DNA from: an uncultured Caldilinea sp.
GTDB taxonomy: Bacteria; Chloroflexota; Anaerolineae; Caldilineales; Caldilineaceae
DNA length: 64,000 nucleotides
Assembly (NCBI GenBank): GCA_964392295.1
Contig: CAYMQA010000020.1
Span: 13,372-77,371, forward strand
Direction of reading: 5' to 3'
This document shows positions 1 to 8,865 of this stretch, one piece after another; the first letter of the stretch is position 1, and the number at the start of each line of letters is the position of its first letter. The position numbers were made by a program, and so were the translations under genes. Under the pieces are notes generated by a model. That model made no database searches. It worked only from the letters and a program-made list of their open reading frames with translations, and was not told where the DNA came from.

Positions 1-270
1 TGCTAATTCTACAACCGCATGTTCGACGACTTGCGCCGGTGCGCCTTCAATCGCATAGCCGGTGACGGTGCGCCCGTTGATAATGAGTTCTTCTTCAAAG
101 ATGCGTCCACTGCTGATAGGTGGTTTGGCGCGGCCAATCGCCGACTGCTGCAACGCGGGCGCAACAATCAATAATTCACCCAGCGCATCACAAGCGTTGG
201 CCGCGGCCAACAAACCTCTTGATCGGATACCGTCATCATTTGTGATCAAAATCAGTGGTTGTATAGACAT
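1..270 (-). CDS. surE: 5'/3'-nucleotidase SurE, N-terminal part (rest lies outside the window)
   Basis: Absent from the ORF track because there is no stop in the window. Reverse-strand translation from ATG at 270-268 gives MSIQPLILITNDDGIRSRGLLAAANACDALGELLIVAPALQQSAIG..., which carries the SurE N-terminal (L)ITNDDGI signature. Confidence 0.8.
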   Translation of the reverse strand, partial: MSIQPLILITNDDGIRSRGLLAAANACDALGELLIVAPALQQSAIGRAKPPISSGRIFEEELIINGRTVTGYAIEGAPAQVVEHAVVELA

Positions 271-338
271 GGCGACTTTCGTTCTATCGGGTAGCAGATC
301 CCAGGTGATAAGGTGGTGAATAATCAATGACCACTGAC

Positions 339-456
339 TAAATACGCTGTAAAATTTGTATAAAATACCTTGACACGAATTGAGCAAACGCCATTCGTGA
401 AATTCGCGCCATTCGTGTCTAAAATGCAGGACAAAAATTTTGTTTACCCTGTACTA
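339..456 (-). repeat. MITE-like dispersed repeat, copy A (inverted relative to copies B and C)
   Basis: The reverse complement reads AGTACAGGGTAAACAAAATTTTTGTC...TTAGACACGAATGGCGCGAATTTCACGAATGG...GTGTCAAGGTATTT...TTTACAGCGTATTTA. It is colinear with the copies at 5621-5760 and 63110-63248. Confidence 0.7.
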
Positions 457-480
457 ATGACCAATAATAAGGGTATCTCT

Positions 481-2010
481 TTATGTCGATTCTTTGACAG
501 GCTGGCGCAGAAAGGCCAGACCATTGCGCAGACGGGCCAACGTCTCTTCGCGCCCGATCGCAACCATACTCTCGAAGAGGGGCGGCGCGACTGTCTTGCC
601 TGTGATCGCCACACGGAAAGGTGTCAGGAAAGGACCGACCTTGATTGCCATTGCTTCAGATTGGGCGCGAAAGCCGACTTCGAGCTTCTGAATCGTAAAG
701 GCACCAAGCTGTTCGATCAGGGTGATCCCCGCTTCGAGGACGGCCAGCGTCTCGTCCAGGCTCATCTTGCGCCCAATAAACGCGGCCGGATCGTCATAGG
801 TGATTGCGGCGGCTGGTTTAAAGGCCCAGTCTATATAGGGTGTCGCTTCCGAGAGCAACTTGATGCGCTCTTGAATCAGCGGTGTCAACTCGGAGAGCGT
901 TTCGCTGCGCTCTAACTCATCTTCCTCAATCCCCAGATCGCGCGCCAGGAAAGGCACTAGCCGCTGATGTAGTTCGGCAGTGGGCATGTTACGAATATAG
1001 ACGCCATTGAGCCATTCCAGCTTTTCATAGGGCAGCGCGGCGGGTTTAGGGTTGATCGATGCAATGTTGTTAAAGCGCTCAATCACCTCTTCGCGTTCAA
1101 ACACCTCGCGCTCGGGGTCAAAGTTCCAACCCACATTTGTTAAGAAATTGAACATGGCATCGGCCAGATAACCTGCATCAATAAACTCGTGTACCAGCGC
1201 CAGATATTCCTTGCCATCAACAATCTTTTTGCGCTTGCTCATTTTGCCCTTGCCGCTGGGATCTAGGATAACCGGCAGATGCGCCAACTTGGGCATCTCC
1301 CAACCAAAGGCATTATAGAGCTGTTTGTGCAGCGGTGCCGAAGAGAGCCATTCATCGGCGCGCAGAATGTGTGTGATCTCCATCAGGTGGTCGTCGATCA
1401 CATTGGCAAAGTGGTAGGTCGGCATCCCATCACTTTTGATCAATACGGGATCGAGCACGCTGTCGCTTGGCACCTCAATGTCGCCACGGATCATGTCATG
1501 CACGCGTGTGGTCCCTTCCAAAGGTGCCGCAAAGCGTATCACCGAGGGTCGTCCTTCTGCGACAAATGCGGCTCGTTCTTCTGCACTTAACCAGCGGTGG
1601 CGGCGGTCGTAGCCAAACTGCTGACCGTTTGCCCGTTGCGCCTCGCGCATAGCTTCCAATTCACTCTCGGAGACGTAACAGCGGTAGGCCTGACCACTCG
1701 CCAGCAGTTGTTGGATATAGTCATGATAGATGGCCTTGCGTTCACTCTGTACATAGGGACCGTAGGGGCCACCCACATCAGGCCCTTCGTCCCATTCCAG
1801 CCCCAGCCAGCGCAGACCGTGCATCAGATCATCCAGACTTTCGGGGTTGTAGCGTGTCTGATCGGTATCTTCAATGCGCAAAATAAATTGGCCACCCGTA
1901 TTGCGCGCATAGAGCCAGTTGAAGAGTGCCGTGCGCAGGCCGCCCAGGTGAAGATAGCCGGTAGGACTCGGCGCAAAGCGTACACGCGCGGGTTGCGTAG
2001 TGGTTGTCAT
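481..2010 (-). CDS. gltX: glutamyl-tRNA synthetase
   Basis: 509-aa ORF with a class I aaRS HIGH-type motif (PSPTGYLHLGG) and a KMSKS-type motif (KMSKR). Length and layout are GluRS-like. Confidence 0.93.
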   Translation of the reverse strand: MTTTTQPARVRFAPSPTGYLHLGGLRTALFNWLYARNTGGQFILRIEDTDQTRYNPESLDDLMHGLRWLGLEWDEGPDVGGPYGPYVQSERKAIYHDYIQQLLASGQAYRCYVSESELEAMREAQRANGQQFGYDRRHRWLSAEERAAFVAEGRPSVIRFAAPLEGTTRVHDMIRGDIEVPSDSVLDPVLIKSDGMPTYHFANVIDDHLMEITHILRADEWLSSAPLHKQLYNAFGWEMPKLAHLPVILDPSGKGKMSKRKKIVDGKEYLALVHEFIDAGYLADAMFNFLTNVGWNFDPEREVFEREEVIERFNNIASINPKPAALPYEKLEWLNGVYIRNMPTAELHQRLVPFLARDLGIEEDELERSETLSELTPLIQERIKLLSEATPYIDWAFKPAAAITYDDPAAFIGRKMSLDETLAVLEAGITLIEQLGAFTIQKLEVGFRAQSEAMAIKVGPFLTPFRVAITGKTVAPPLFESMVAIGREETLARLRNGLAFLRQPVKEST

Positions 2011-2314
2011 GATCGGAATGTTTCCTGCTGATTAAACGTTGCTTGCTAGATGACTAGGCACGAGAAAACAACGTCAGTCTCACCATGCCGTTATACACTT
2101 TGCTGATTATAGCACAAGCTTCAAAGATTGCAGCTTTGTGAGCGTTCCGCAAGGCGATCCGTATAATCGATCCTGATCGCCCTTGGCCTTGCTGGGGTGG
2201 ACGATAATTTTTCCCTACACCCTACTCCTTGCTTTTTCTTCTGGGGAAAGGGTAGCCTCAATGGCCAGGCAGAACGCGAAATATAAAATCACTTCTGGGT
2301 AAAGGGTATCAGCG

Positions 2315-3193
2315 CTACAGCAACCCCAACTCGGTTATTTTTTCCAGCAATTCGGCGCGTTCACTGGCCGTCAATGCTTGGCCGGGAGGCCGGGGATCGC
2401 CACAGTCAATGTCCAGGCGTGCGCTGAGAACGGCCTTGGCAATGGCATGAAACTTAAACGGTTGAATCAGGTCGGCCACTTGTGAAGCATGTTCCTGCGC
2501 GGCTTGGGCCTTTACCAGATCGCCCGTCTGATAGGCTTTCCAGAGTGCGACCCAACGTTCAGGAGCCATGTTGGGTGGACCATCCACACAGCCGGTGGCG
2601 CCGATGGTCAGTGCTGGCAGCATCAAGCGACAGTTGCCGATGAGGCAGGCCAATCCCATTTGCGCAAAGGTCCGTACATGCCCCAGGAAGGGTGCCGAAT
2701 GTTTTAACCCTGCCAGTTGCGGTACCTTGGCTTGGATCTTCGCCATCAACTCAGGGGTGATCTCTACGCCTGTTGATTGAGGCAGGTTGTAGACAAAAAA
2801 AGGCAAATTGGCGGCGTCGGCCACCACACGGTAGTGTTCGACCATCGCTTCGTCACTTTGGCGATAGAAGAAGGGGGGCACACAGCAGATCGCCTCAACC
2901 CCCACCTTGGCGGCATGTTCTGCCAGGCGTGCAGTGCGCGTCGTGGTCGGTGCACCGACATGCATAATGTTGACAATGCGCCCCTGCGATTGATCGGCGG
3001 CAATCGCGGCAATCCGCTGGTTTTCTTCATCATCTAACAAAACACTTTCGCCCGTGCCGCCGGCTACCCAAAATCCCTGTACACCGGCCTGGATATTAAA
3101 CTCCATGACTTGGCGAAACGCCGTTTCGTTGATGGTCCCGTCGGCGGTCATGGGTGTGATAATGGCTGGCAGTATCCCCTTGAATTCAGGCAT
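2315..3193 (-). CDS. DapA/NanA-family class I aldolase (dihydrodipicolinate synthase family); substrate not assignable
   Basis: 292 aa. Has an N-terminal ITPMT...GV.G..VAGGTGES motif and a Lys context (GLKHS) typical of the DHDPS family. Confidence 0.75.
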   Translation of the reverse strand: MPEFKGILPAIITPMTADGTINETAFRQVMEFNIQAGVQGFWVAGGTGESVLLDDEENQRIAAIAADQSQGRIVNIMHVGAPTTTRTARLAEHAAKVGVEAICCVPPFFYRQSDEAMVEHYRVVADAANLPFFVYNLPQSTGVEITPELMAKIQAKVPQLAGLKHSAPFLGHVRTFAQMGLACLIGNCRLMLPALTIGATGCVDGPPNMAPERWVALWKAYQTGDLVKAQAAQEHASQVADLIQPFKFHAIAKAVLSARLDIDCGDPRPPGQALTASERAELLEKITELGLL

Positions 3194-3561
3194 GATTGCT
3201 TCTCCCTTTGGTTGTTCGCAGTGGGTAGTAGACAGATTGCTATCCTCCTGCGTCGAGTATAGGACAAAACCAGTGGGCTGTCAACGCATCTTCTGCAGAC
3301 ACACTCCGCTATAGGTTCGCTACTACCCAATGTAATACCAGTATAGACAAGAAGATAGACAAGAAAGTTTTACAGGCTTTCTTCTGTCGATTTGTCTGCT
3401 ATTCAAGAGCTATTTGACAGCTTTTGCAAGGCTTTATGTTTGAGAAATAGTGGTTTTCTTGCAGATGAAAATTTTATGGGTATGGTTGCCGTGCATAACT
3501 GTGGATTTGCGGGGTATGACAGAGGGTGAAGATAATGTTTTCTCGTCCGGGTAGACTGATT

Positions 3562-4320
3562 TCAAGTGCCGATCCACTGGCGCACATCCAGCGTCAACTG
3601 GCCGAAGCGTTCGCTGCCCATCATCGCCAGGTGGCGGGGACGGGGGAGTGGAATCGGCACATCGGCCACGAGCTGACCTGGCCGCTCGCTAATGACCAAT
3701 ACCCGGTCGGCCAGAAAGACAGCTTCCTGAATGCTATGGGTAACCATAACCACTGTCATCCCTTGCTGTTCCTGGATGCGTAATAGCTCCAGGTTGAGCC
3801 GCTCGCGCGTTAGGGCATCGAGCGCGCCAAAGGGTTCGTCCATCAACAGCAATTGCGGCTGTTGGATCAACGTGCGCGCCAGCACCACCCGTTGGCGCAT
3901 CCCACCGGAAAGGGTTGGGGGATAGGCCATTTCAAAGCCCTGTAGACCCACCAGCGCGAGGAGTTCATAGGCCACTTGTTTGCTGTTGGCATCAACCGTG
4001 CCCTGTTGTACCTCGTGCGGCAGTAACACATTATCGAGCACAGTGCGCCACGGCATTAGATTCGTGCTTTGGAAAACAAAGCCAATCGCAGCCTGTGGTT
4101 CGCGCAGCAGCTTGCCTTGAAAATGGACTTCCCCCCCATCCGCTGCCAATAGACCCCCCATGATACGTAGCAACGTGCTTTTGCCACTGCCACTCGGACC
4201 CAACAGGCAGATAAATTCACCTGCCGCCACCTGAAAACTGACATTTTGTAGCGCGTAGACAGGACGAATACGCGTCTGAAAATGTTTGCTGATTTGGGTA
4301 ACGGTAAGCAATGGCGTCAT
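3562..4320 (-). CDS. ABC transporter ATP-binding protein (NitT/TauT-type importer)
   Basis: Walker A GPSGSGKST, signature LSGGMRQR, Walker B LLLMDEPF. I moved the start to ATG 4320-4318 (MTPLLTV...) because the 60 upstream codons of the tracked ORF run through a noncoding tandem repeat (FTKYFTKYFTKYF). Confidence 0.85.
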   Translation of the reverse strand: MTPLLTVTQISKHFQTRIRPVYALQNVSFQVAAGEFICLLGPSGSGKSTLLRIMGGLLAADGGEVHFQGKLLREPQAAIGFVFQSTNLMPWRTVLDNVLLPHEVQQGTVDANSKQVAYELLALVGLQGFEMAYPPTLSGGMRQRVVLARTLIQQPQLLLMDEPFGALDALTRERLNLELLRIQEQQGMTVVMVTHSIQEAVFLADRVLVISERPGQLVADVPIPLPRPRHLAMMGSERFGQLTLDVRQWIGT

Positions 4321-4383
4321 AGACTTAAGCAAAGCAGTTGTTTTATCAATCATCATTGGTGGAATAGAAGTGATGCAAGTGGG

Positions 4384-4476
4384 TCGCGAATGACACGGAT
4401 GCCGCGCAAAATGCTTCATGAAATATTTTGTGAAATACTTTGTGAAATACTTTGTGAAGTTCGCGGCATCCGTGAC
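4384..4476. repeat. 15-bp perfect inverted repeat flanking about 3 copies of a 12-bp tandem repeat
   Basis: GACACGGATGCCGCG ... GAAATATTTTGT GAAATACTTTGT GAAATACTTTGT GAAG ... CGCGGCATCCGTGAC. It lies in the intergenic gap between the binding-protein and ATPase genes. Confidence 0.8.
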
Positions 4477-4570
4477 AAACTCTGCGTTTTGAGTATTCAA
4501 ACATGGGAGACAAAATACGAATCAAGCTACTCGAAAGCGTGTAATCCTAGAATGCGGTGTTGCCTGCCCT

Positions 4571-5584
4571 CTACTGTACAAACTCGTTGGTGAATAACTC
4601 TTCGGCTGGCACCAGTGTATCGACCAAGCCAATACGTTGCATGAATTCGGCTGCCGTTTGCCAGGCGGGCAGGTCAGTAACCCCCATGCTCTGGCCTGTG
4701 GCGGGTGTCCAATAGGCGAGTACCGCATCAAAGATGGCACGGTTGGCGTCTTCATTCTCCCCACCCGCTTCAGGCACAAATTCTAGTGCAATGGCAAACG
4801 CTTCATCGGGATTGGCGAGCGTATATTGTGTGGCCTTGAGGGTGGCGCGTACCATTTTGGCTACCAATTCTGGATCATCTTGCAAGGTAGTTTCATTCGT
4901 CACCAGACCATTGGCCGGCATTTGCAGATGATCATCCAGCATGATCTGGGTTGTTGCAATGCCTGCTTCGGCCAACACTACGGGACCGTTAACGCCATAA
5001 TCGACTGCCGCATCGACTAGATCTTCGCTGATCGCTGCTACCTGGGTAAAGCCGATGCTCTCCATGGTGACATCGGCTTCGGTCAAATTGGCTGCCTCCA
5101 GAATGCCGCGGAAAGCCACATACGAAGCGCCAAAGGGGCCAGGAATGCCAATCCTTTTTCCTGCCAAATCTGCGGGTTTGGTAATGCCAGCCTCGGTTTT
5201 GGCAAAGATCACCACAGGATATTGGGTGTACCAATTCATCACATAGCGCACCGGTAAGCCTTGGGCACGCCCCAGCACAACCTGGTCACCACTGCCCACC
5301 ATAAATTGTAATTCATTTACGCCGACTAACTTGAGATAGTCATCCTCAAAGCCATAGTCGAGGGTAACTTCCAAGCCTTCTTCAGCGTAAAATCCTTTGG
5401 CAACGCCGACATAAAAGGTAGCAAATTGCACATTCGGAATAAATCCCACACCCAAGGTAACGGGTGTGAGTTCAGCCGTGGCCACAGGTGTACTGTTTGC
5501 GCTTGTTGGTGATGGCGCAATGGGCGCACACCCTGTAATCACAAAGAGAAAAAGGATGACGACGGTAAAGAAACGGTGAAACAT
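4571..5584 (-). CDS. ABC transporter substrate-binding lipoprotein, NMT1/THI5-like (SsuA/TauA/ThiY-type)
   Basis: 337 aa with a lipoprotein-type signal peptide (LFLFVITGC). The composition is typical of periplasmic binding proteins, and the gene sits between the permease and ATPase genes. Confidence 0.8.
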   Translation of the reverse strand: MFHRFFTVVILFLFVITGCAPIAPSPTSANSTPVATAELTPVTLGVGFIPNVQFATFYVGVAKGFYAEEGLEVTLDYGFEDDYLKLVGVNELQFMVGSGDQVVLGRAQGLPVRYVMNWYTQYPVVIFAKTEAGITKPADLAGKRIGIPGPFGASYVAFRGILEAANLTEADVTMESIGFTQVAAISEDLVDAAVDYGVNGPVVLAEAGIATTQIMLDDHLQMPANGLVTNETTLQDDPELVAKMVRATLKATQYTLANPDEAFAIALEFVPEAGGENEDANRAIFDAVLAYWTPATGQSMGVTDLPAWQTAAEFMQRIGLVDTLVPAEELFTNEFVQ

Positions 5585-5620
5585 ACGCTACTTTCTATTG
5601 AGTTTTGAGTTGAAGAAAGT

Positions 5621-5760
5621 TAATACAGGGTAAACAACGTGTTTGTCCTGTATGTTAGACACGAATTGCGCGCATTTCACGAAGCGAGCAAGCGCAATTT
5701 GGATCATTCGTCTAATGGGTGTCAAGATATTTCAGAAAAATGTACTTTACAGTGTATTTA
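5621..5760 (+). repeat. MITE-like dispersed repeat, copy B
   Basis: TAATACAGGGTAAACA...TTAGACACGAATTGCGCGCATTTCACGAAGCGAGCAAGCGC...GTGTCAAGATATTT...TGTACTTTACAGTGTATTTA. The ends are inverted repeats (AAATACAnnGTAAA). It lies inside the ABC operon intergenic gap. Confidence 0.75.
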
Positions 5761-5815
5761 ACCCCAATGGCATAGGACTAGCCTGGATTGATGTTTGCTA
5801 AATTATCCAGCTGCT

Positions 5816-6649
5816 TTACTCTTTTTGCCAGCGCAGATACCGGCGTTCTAAGAGCGTCACGCCAATGTAGAGTGCTTGGGCAATGGCCACGAGACAAAGG
5901 ATGGCAACGAACATCATGGGCGTGTCCAGCACCCCGCGCGCCAGATTAATGAGAAAACCCAACCCGACATCTGCCCCCACAAATTCGCCGACAACTGCGC
6001 CGACAACCGCCAAAATTACGCTCAGCTTTAAGCCACTTAATAGAACGGGCAAGGCGGCTGGCACCTCAAGCAGTCGGAAGATTTGCCAACGACCTGCGCG
6101 CAGGCTGTGCATGAGATCATAGAGATCCCGATCGACATTACGAATGCCGACAATCGTATTGATCAACATGGGAAAGAAGGTGATTAGTGCGCAGACTAAC
6201 ACTTTACTCAGAAGGCCGCTGCCCAACCAGATCACCAACAGTGGGGCAATCGCCACAATGGGCACGCTCTGGCTGGCAACGATATAGGGTGCGACCACCT
6301 GTTCCACCGTGCGATTTTTGCCCAACAGATAGCCTAGCAGACAGGCCATCGTCAGTCCTATCAGCAATCCGAGCGCGATTTCGAGCACTGTTACCTGGGC
6401 ATGGCGCAGCAGGGTACCGTCAGCGGCCAATATCAAAAACTTACGGCCTACTACAAGTGGGCTGGGCAAAATAAAAGCCGGATATTCCTGCCAACGGACA
6501 AGCCCCTCCCAGAGCATAAGGCCAATCATCAGCACAACCGGGACAGCAGCTTCCGTCTTATGGGCAACCAGCCATTGCGGCCATACCGGTCGTTTGGGTA
6601 ATGATTTGACTAGGCTCCAGACAGAGAATTGCGCTCGTTCTGCTTGCAT
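5816..6649 (-). CDS. ABC transporter permease (NitT/TauT family)
   Basis: 277 aa and polytopic, with a conserved cytoplasmic-loop region (MHSLRAGRWQIFRLLEVPAALP) typical of binding-protein-dependent permeases. Confidence 0.82.
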   Translation of the reverse strand: MQAERAQFSVWSLVKSLPKRPVWPQWLVAHKTEAAVPVVLMIGLMLWEGLVRWQEYPAFILPSPLVVGRKFLILAADGTLLRHAQVTVLEIALGLLIGLTMACLLGYLLGKNRTVEQVVAPYIVASQSVPIVAIAPLLVIWLGSGLLSKVLVCALITFFPMLINTIVGIRNVDRDLYDLMHSLRAGRWQIFRLLEVPAALPVLLSGLKLSVILAVVGAVVGEFVGADVGLGFLINLARGVLDTPMMFVAILCLVAIAQALYIGVTLLERRYLRWQKE

Positions 6650-6863
6650 CGTTTGCCTCCAAAAAAAATCCCGCTGTGCCGGTCGGATGCTACCATGAAA
6701 TCAATCATGGTGTACACCCAACCGAACACAACGGGACAGAGAAATCAATTTGCGCATCAAAAACGTACACAAAAAGCGATAGCTTTCTGGCGCGCAGAAA
6801 TGAAGTAATCAAAGCTGGCGATGCGACGACCCACCCTTGCACATCCGCTTGCTGTAAGCAGAA

Positions 6864-6901
6864 CCAAAAAAGAACCCGAAGTCTCTAGTGAGCACTTCGG
6901 G
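6864..6901 (-). terminator. intrinsic terminator on the minus strand, about 215 nt upstream of the ABC permease start
   Basis: The minus strand reads CCCGAAGTGCTCACTAGAGACTTCGGG followed by TTCTTTTTT: a 7-bp GC-rich stem followed by a U-tract. Confidence 0.6.
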
Positions 6902-7557
6902 TTGAAAAGCATAAGCAAATACAGCGGTATCAGCCGCTGCAATTACAGCATGAAGAATAGCATGAGCGAGGAAACGCCCACCTGCTGTTCAACCTTCTTT
7001 CATCCGGACTATACCGTCGGCGTCGGAATTGTTGCCTATTGTTAGCTTATCGGGTTATCGATAGGCAACGCACCGCTCTCCTGCCATTGCACACTACTCT
7101 GTGCGCGGGCTCGCGGGCTTACTGTCACTAGGACAGACTACCGCCGATCGGGAATTGGTATTGGATTGATGAATGATTCACTCAGATTCACCCTGCCGTA
7201 CCTCACCCTGCCCCGAAGGTTCATCATATTTTATTGTGGTTTCAAGTATAACCGGATTAGCTGCGCTGTCAAGTGAGAAAACCTACGTTCGGCATTACGT
7301 TCAGCATTACGGTCGGTATTCCGTTGGCTGAGGGCCGTAACTCGTAACTTTTGCAGTGCAGGCATGGTGGGGTGCATTGCCATAGGTATCTAGCAGGAGG
7401 TATCTAGCGGGGACTTCGATTCCGTATGACGGAGGTGCGCATCTTCCGTCTGGAGAATTCCTTCACGACGTACAGGTGTTTTTCTGGTATAGTGAAAGCC
7501 AAAGGTTGAAATCGTTTGCTGTATTGCAGGATAAGTCGCAGGATAAGGAGAATCACG

Positions 7558-8781
7558 ATGCCATATGAGCACAACCACGAAGCCCATCACGCTGCCCGTG
7601 CAGACAAAATTCGCCAGGTTTTAGCCAAAGTCAAAGCCGAAGCTGGCTCACACTCGCCCAGTGTGGCTACGCTTTTGCAAGAATTGCCAGAAGTGAAGAT
7701 CGAGGTTGACGCCTGTTTCCTTTCCAACCCATATGCAACTGACCTCTTCTTGGCGCATTTTACGCAGGAAGTCATAGGCACAGCGCGTCTACGCCGGATG
7801 ATTGAATATTACCCCTCGCAGAACAGGGCAATCGCGCGCCGTGTAGCAAGTCGGTTGGCCCTTCCCGCCGAATGTATCTTCTTGGGTAATGGCGCAACCG
7901 AGATCATCCAGGCGCTTATCCACAACTTCTGTGCGCGAAAATTGCTGATTAATTTGCCCACTTTCTCGCCCTACTATGAGTTTGTACGTCCAGGAACGCA
8001 GGTGATCTACAACCATCTCAGCAAAGAGACGCAGTTTCAACTAGATATCGATGCTTATCTCGCATTGGTACACAAGGAGCAGCCCGACATGGTTGTGCTG
8101 ATCAACCCCAATAACCCTGACGGTGGCTATCTCTCTGCTGTCCAGTTGCGGACAATCTTGCATGAACTGAGTGCCGTCAATCATGTGATTGTCGATGAAA
8201 GTTTTATCCACTTTGCCTATGAAGATGTCAAGTTATCGCTGCTTTCATTTGCTGATTTGACGCAGGAGTTTAGCAATTTGATGGTGGTCAAAAGTATGTC
8301 AAAAGATTTCGGCATTGCTGGGATTCGCGCCGGTTATGCGGTGATGCCCGCCACCAAAGTTAACCAACTGCTCGGGAATGGGTTCTTGTGGAATATTTCT
8401 GGGTTGGCTGAATACTTTTTTGACCTATGGATACGGGCTGATTTTTTTGTGCAATACAACCAGGCGCGAATCCGCTACATTTACGAAATACAAACCTTCA
8501 TAGGGGCGTTAGCACAAATCTCGGGGCTTCACATTTATCCCTCCAAGGCTAACTATGTCTTGGTTGAGCTGATCAATGGACTCAGTGCCTTTGACTTTGT
8601 GAGCGAATTGTTGATTCGCAACGGCATCTACACCCGGAATTGTGAAGATAAAAAAGGGTTGGTCGGCGAATTTGTGCGGATTGGTGTGCGCTCAGCAGCT
8701 GAAAATGAACAGATCCTGCAAGCCATTCGGTCGCTCTGTGCCGAAGTTGACCTTCGCGCAACGGCCCCTTCTTCGCCATAA
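7558..8781 (+). CDS. class I/II PLP-dependent aminotransferase (HisC/CobD-like)
   Basis: PLP-lysine context VVKSMSKDFGIAGIRAGY. AAGGAG lies 7 nt upstream of ATG 7558. The tracked ORF start at 7516 is a TTG with no RBS. Confidence 0.8.
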   Translation: MPYEHNHEAHHAARADKIRQVLAKVKAEAGSHSPSVATLLQELPEVKIEVDACFLSNPYATDLFLAHFTQEVIGTARLRRMIEYYPSQNRAIARRVASRLALPAECIFLGNGATEIIQALIHNFCARKLLINLPTFSPYYEFVRPGTQVIYNHLSKETQFQLDIDAYLALVHKEQPDMVVLINPNNPDGGYLSAVQLRTILHELSAVNHVIVDESFIHFAYEDVKLSLLSFADLTQEFSNLMVVKSMSKDFGIAGIRAGYAVMPATKVNQLLGNGFLWNISGLAEYFFDLWIRADFFVQYNQARIRYIYEIQTFIGALAQISGLHIYPSKANYVLVELINGLSAFDFVSELLIRNGIYTRNCEDKKGLVGEFVRIGVRSAAENEQILQAIRSLCAEVDLRATAPSSP

Positions 8782-8865
8782 CTGGCGCATCGGTAAATGC
8801 GCGTACCATAGCCTGCAGGTAGGCAGCGACAAGGGTGTACCACAGGGCAAAGTCAGAAGTTACAG

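Noticed and set aside
370-915. 181-aa plus-strand ORF overlapping the 3' end of gltX and the MITE-like copy A
   Set aside because: It starts inside a repeat element and runs antisense to the well-supported gltX gene. The composition is not protein-like.
3562-4500. N-terminal 60-codon extension of the ABC ATPase ORF containing FTKYFTKYFTKYF
   Set aside because: The repeat peptide is a by-product of the 12-bp DNA tandem repeat flanked by a 15-bp inverted repeat. The conserved ABC domain begins at the internal Met (4320), so the extension is treated as noncoding.
6864-7260. RNase P RNA, tmRNA, SRP RNA, TPP riboswitch, cobalamin riboswitch or T-box in the long gap upstream of the ABC importer
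   Set aside because: Isolated short resemblances exist: GGGCAGGGTG, ACCGCCGAT, GATGAATGA, GTCCGGATGAAAGAAGG and CTGAGT. They lie on different strands or at the wrong spacings. The diagnostic cores are absent: GAGGAAAGTCCGG plus ACAGAA.CCGGCTTA, the tRNA-like 3' end, CTGAGA...ACCTGA...GGGA, the B12 box and the T-box GGGTGGTACCGCG. The region is left unclassified.
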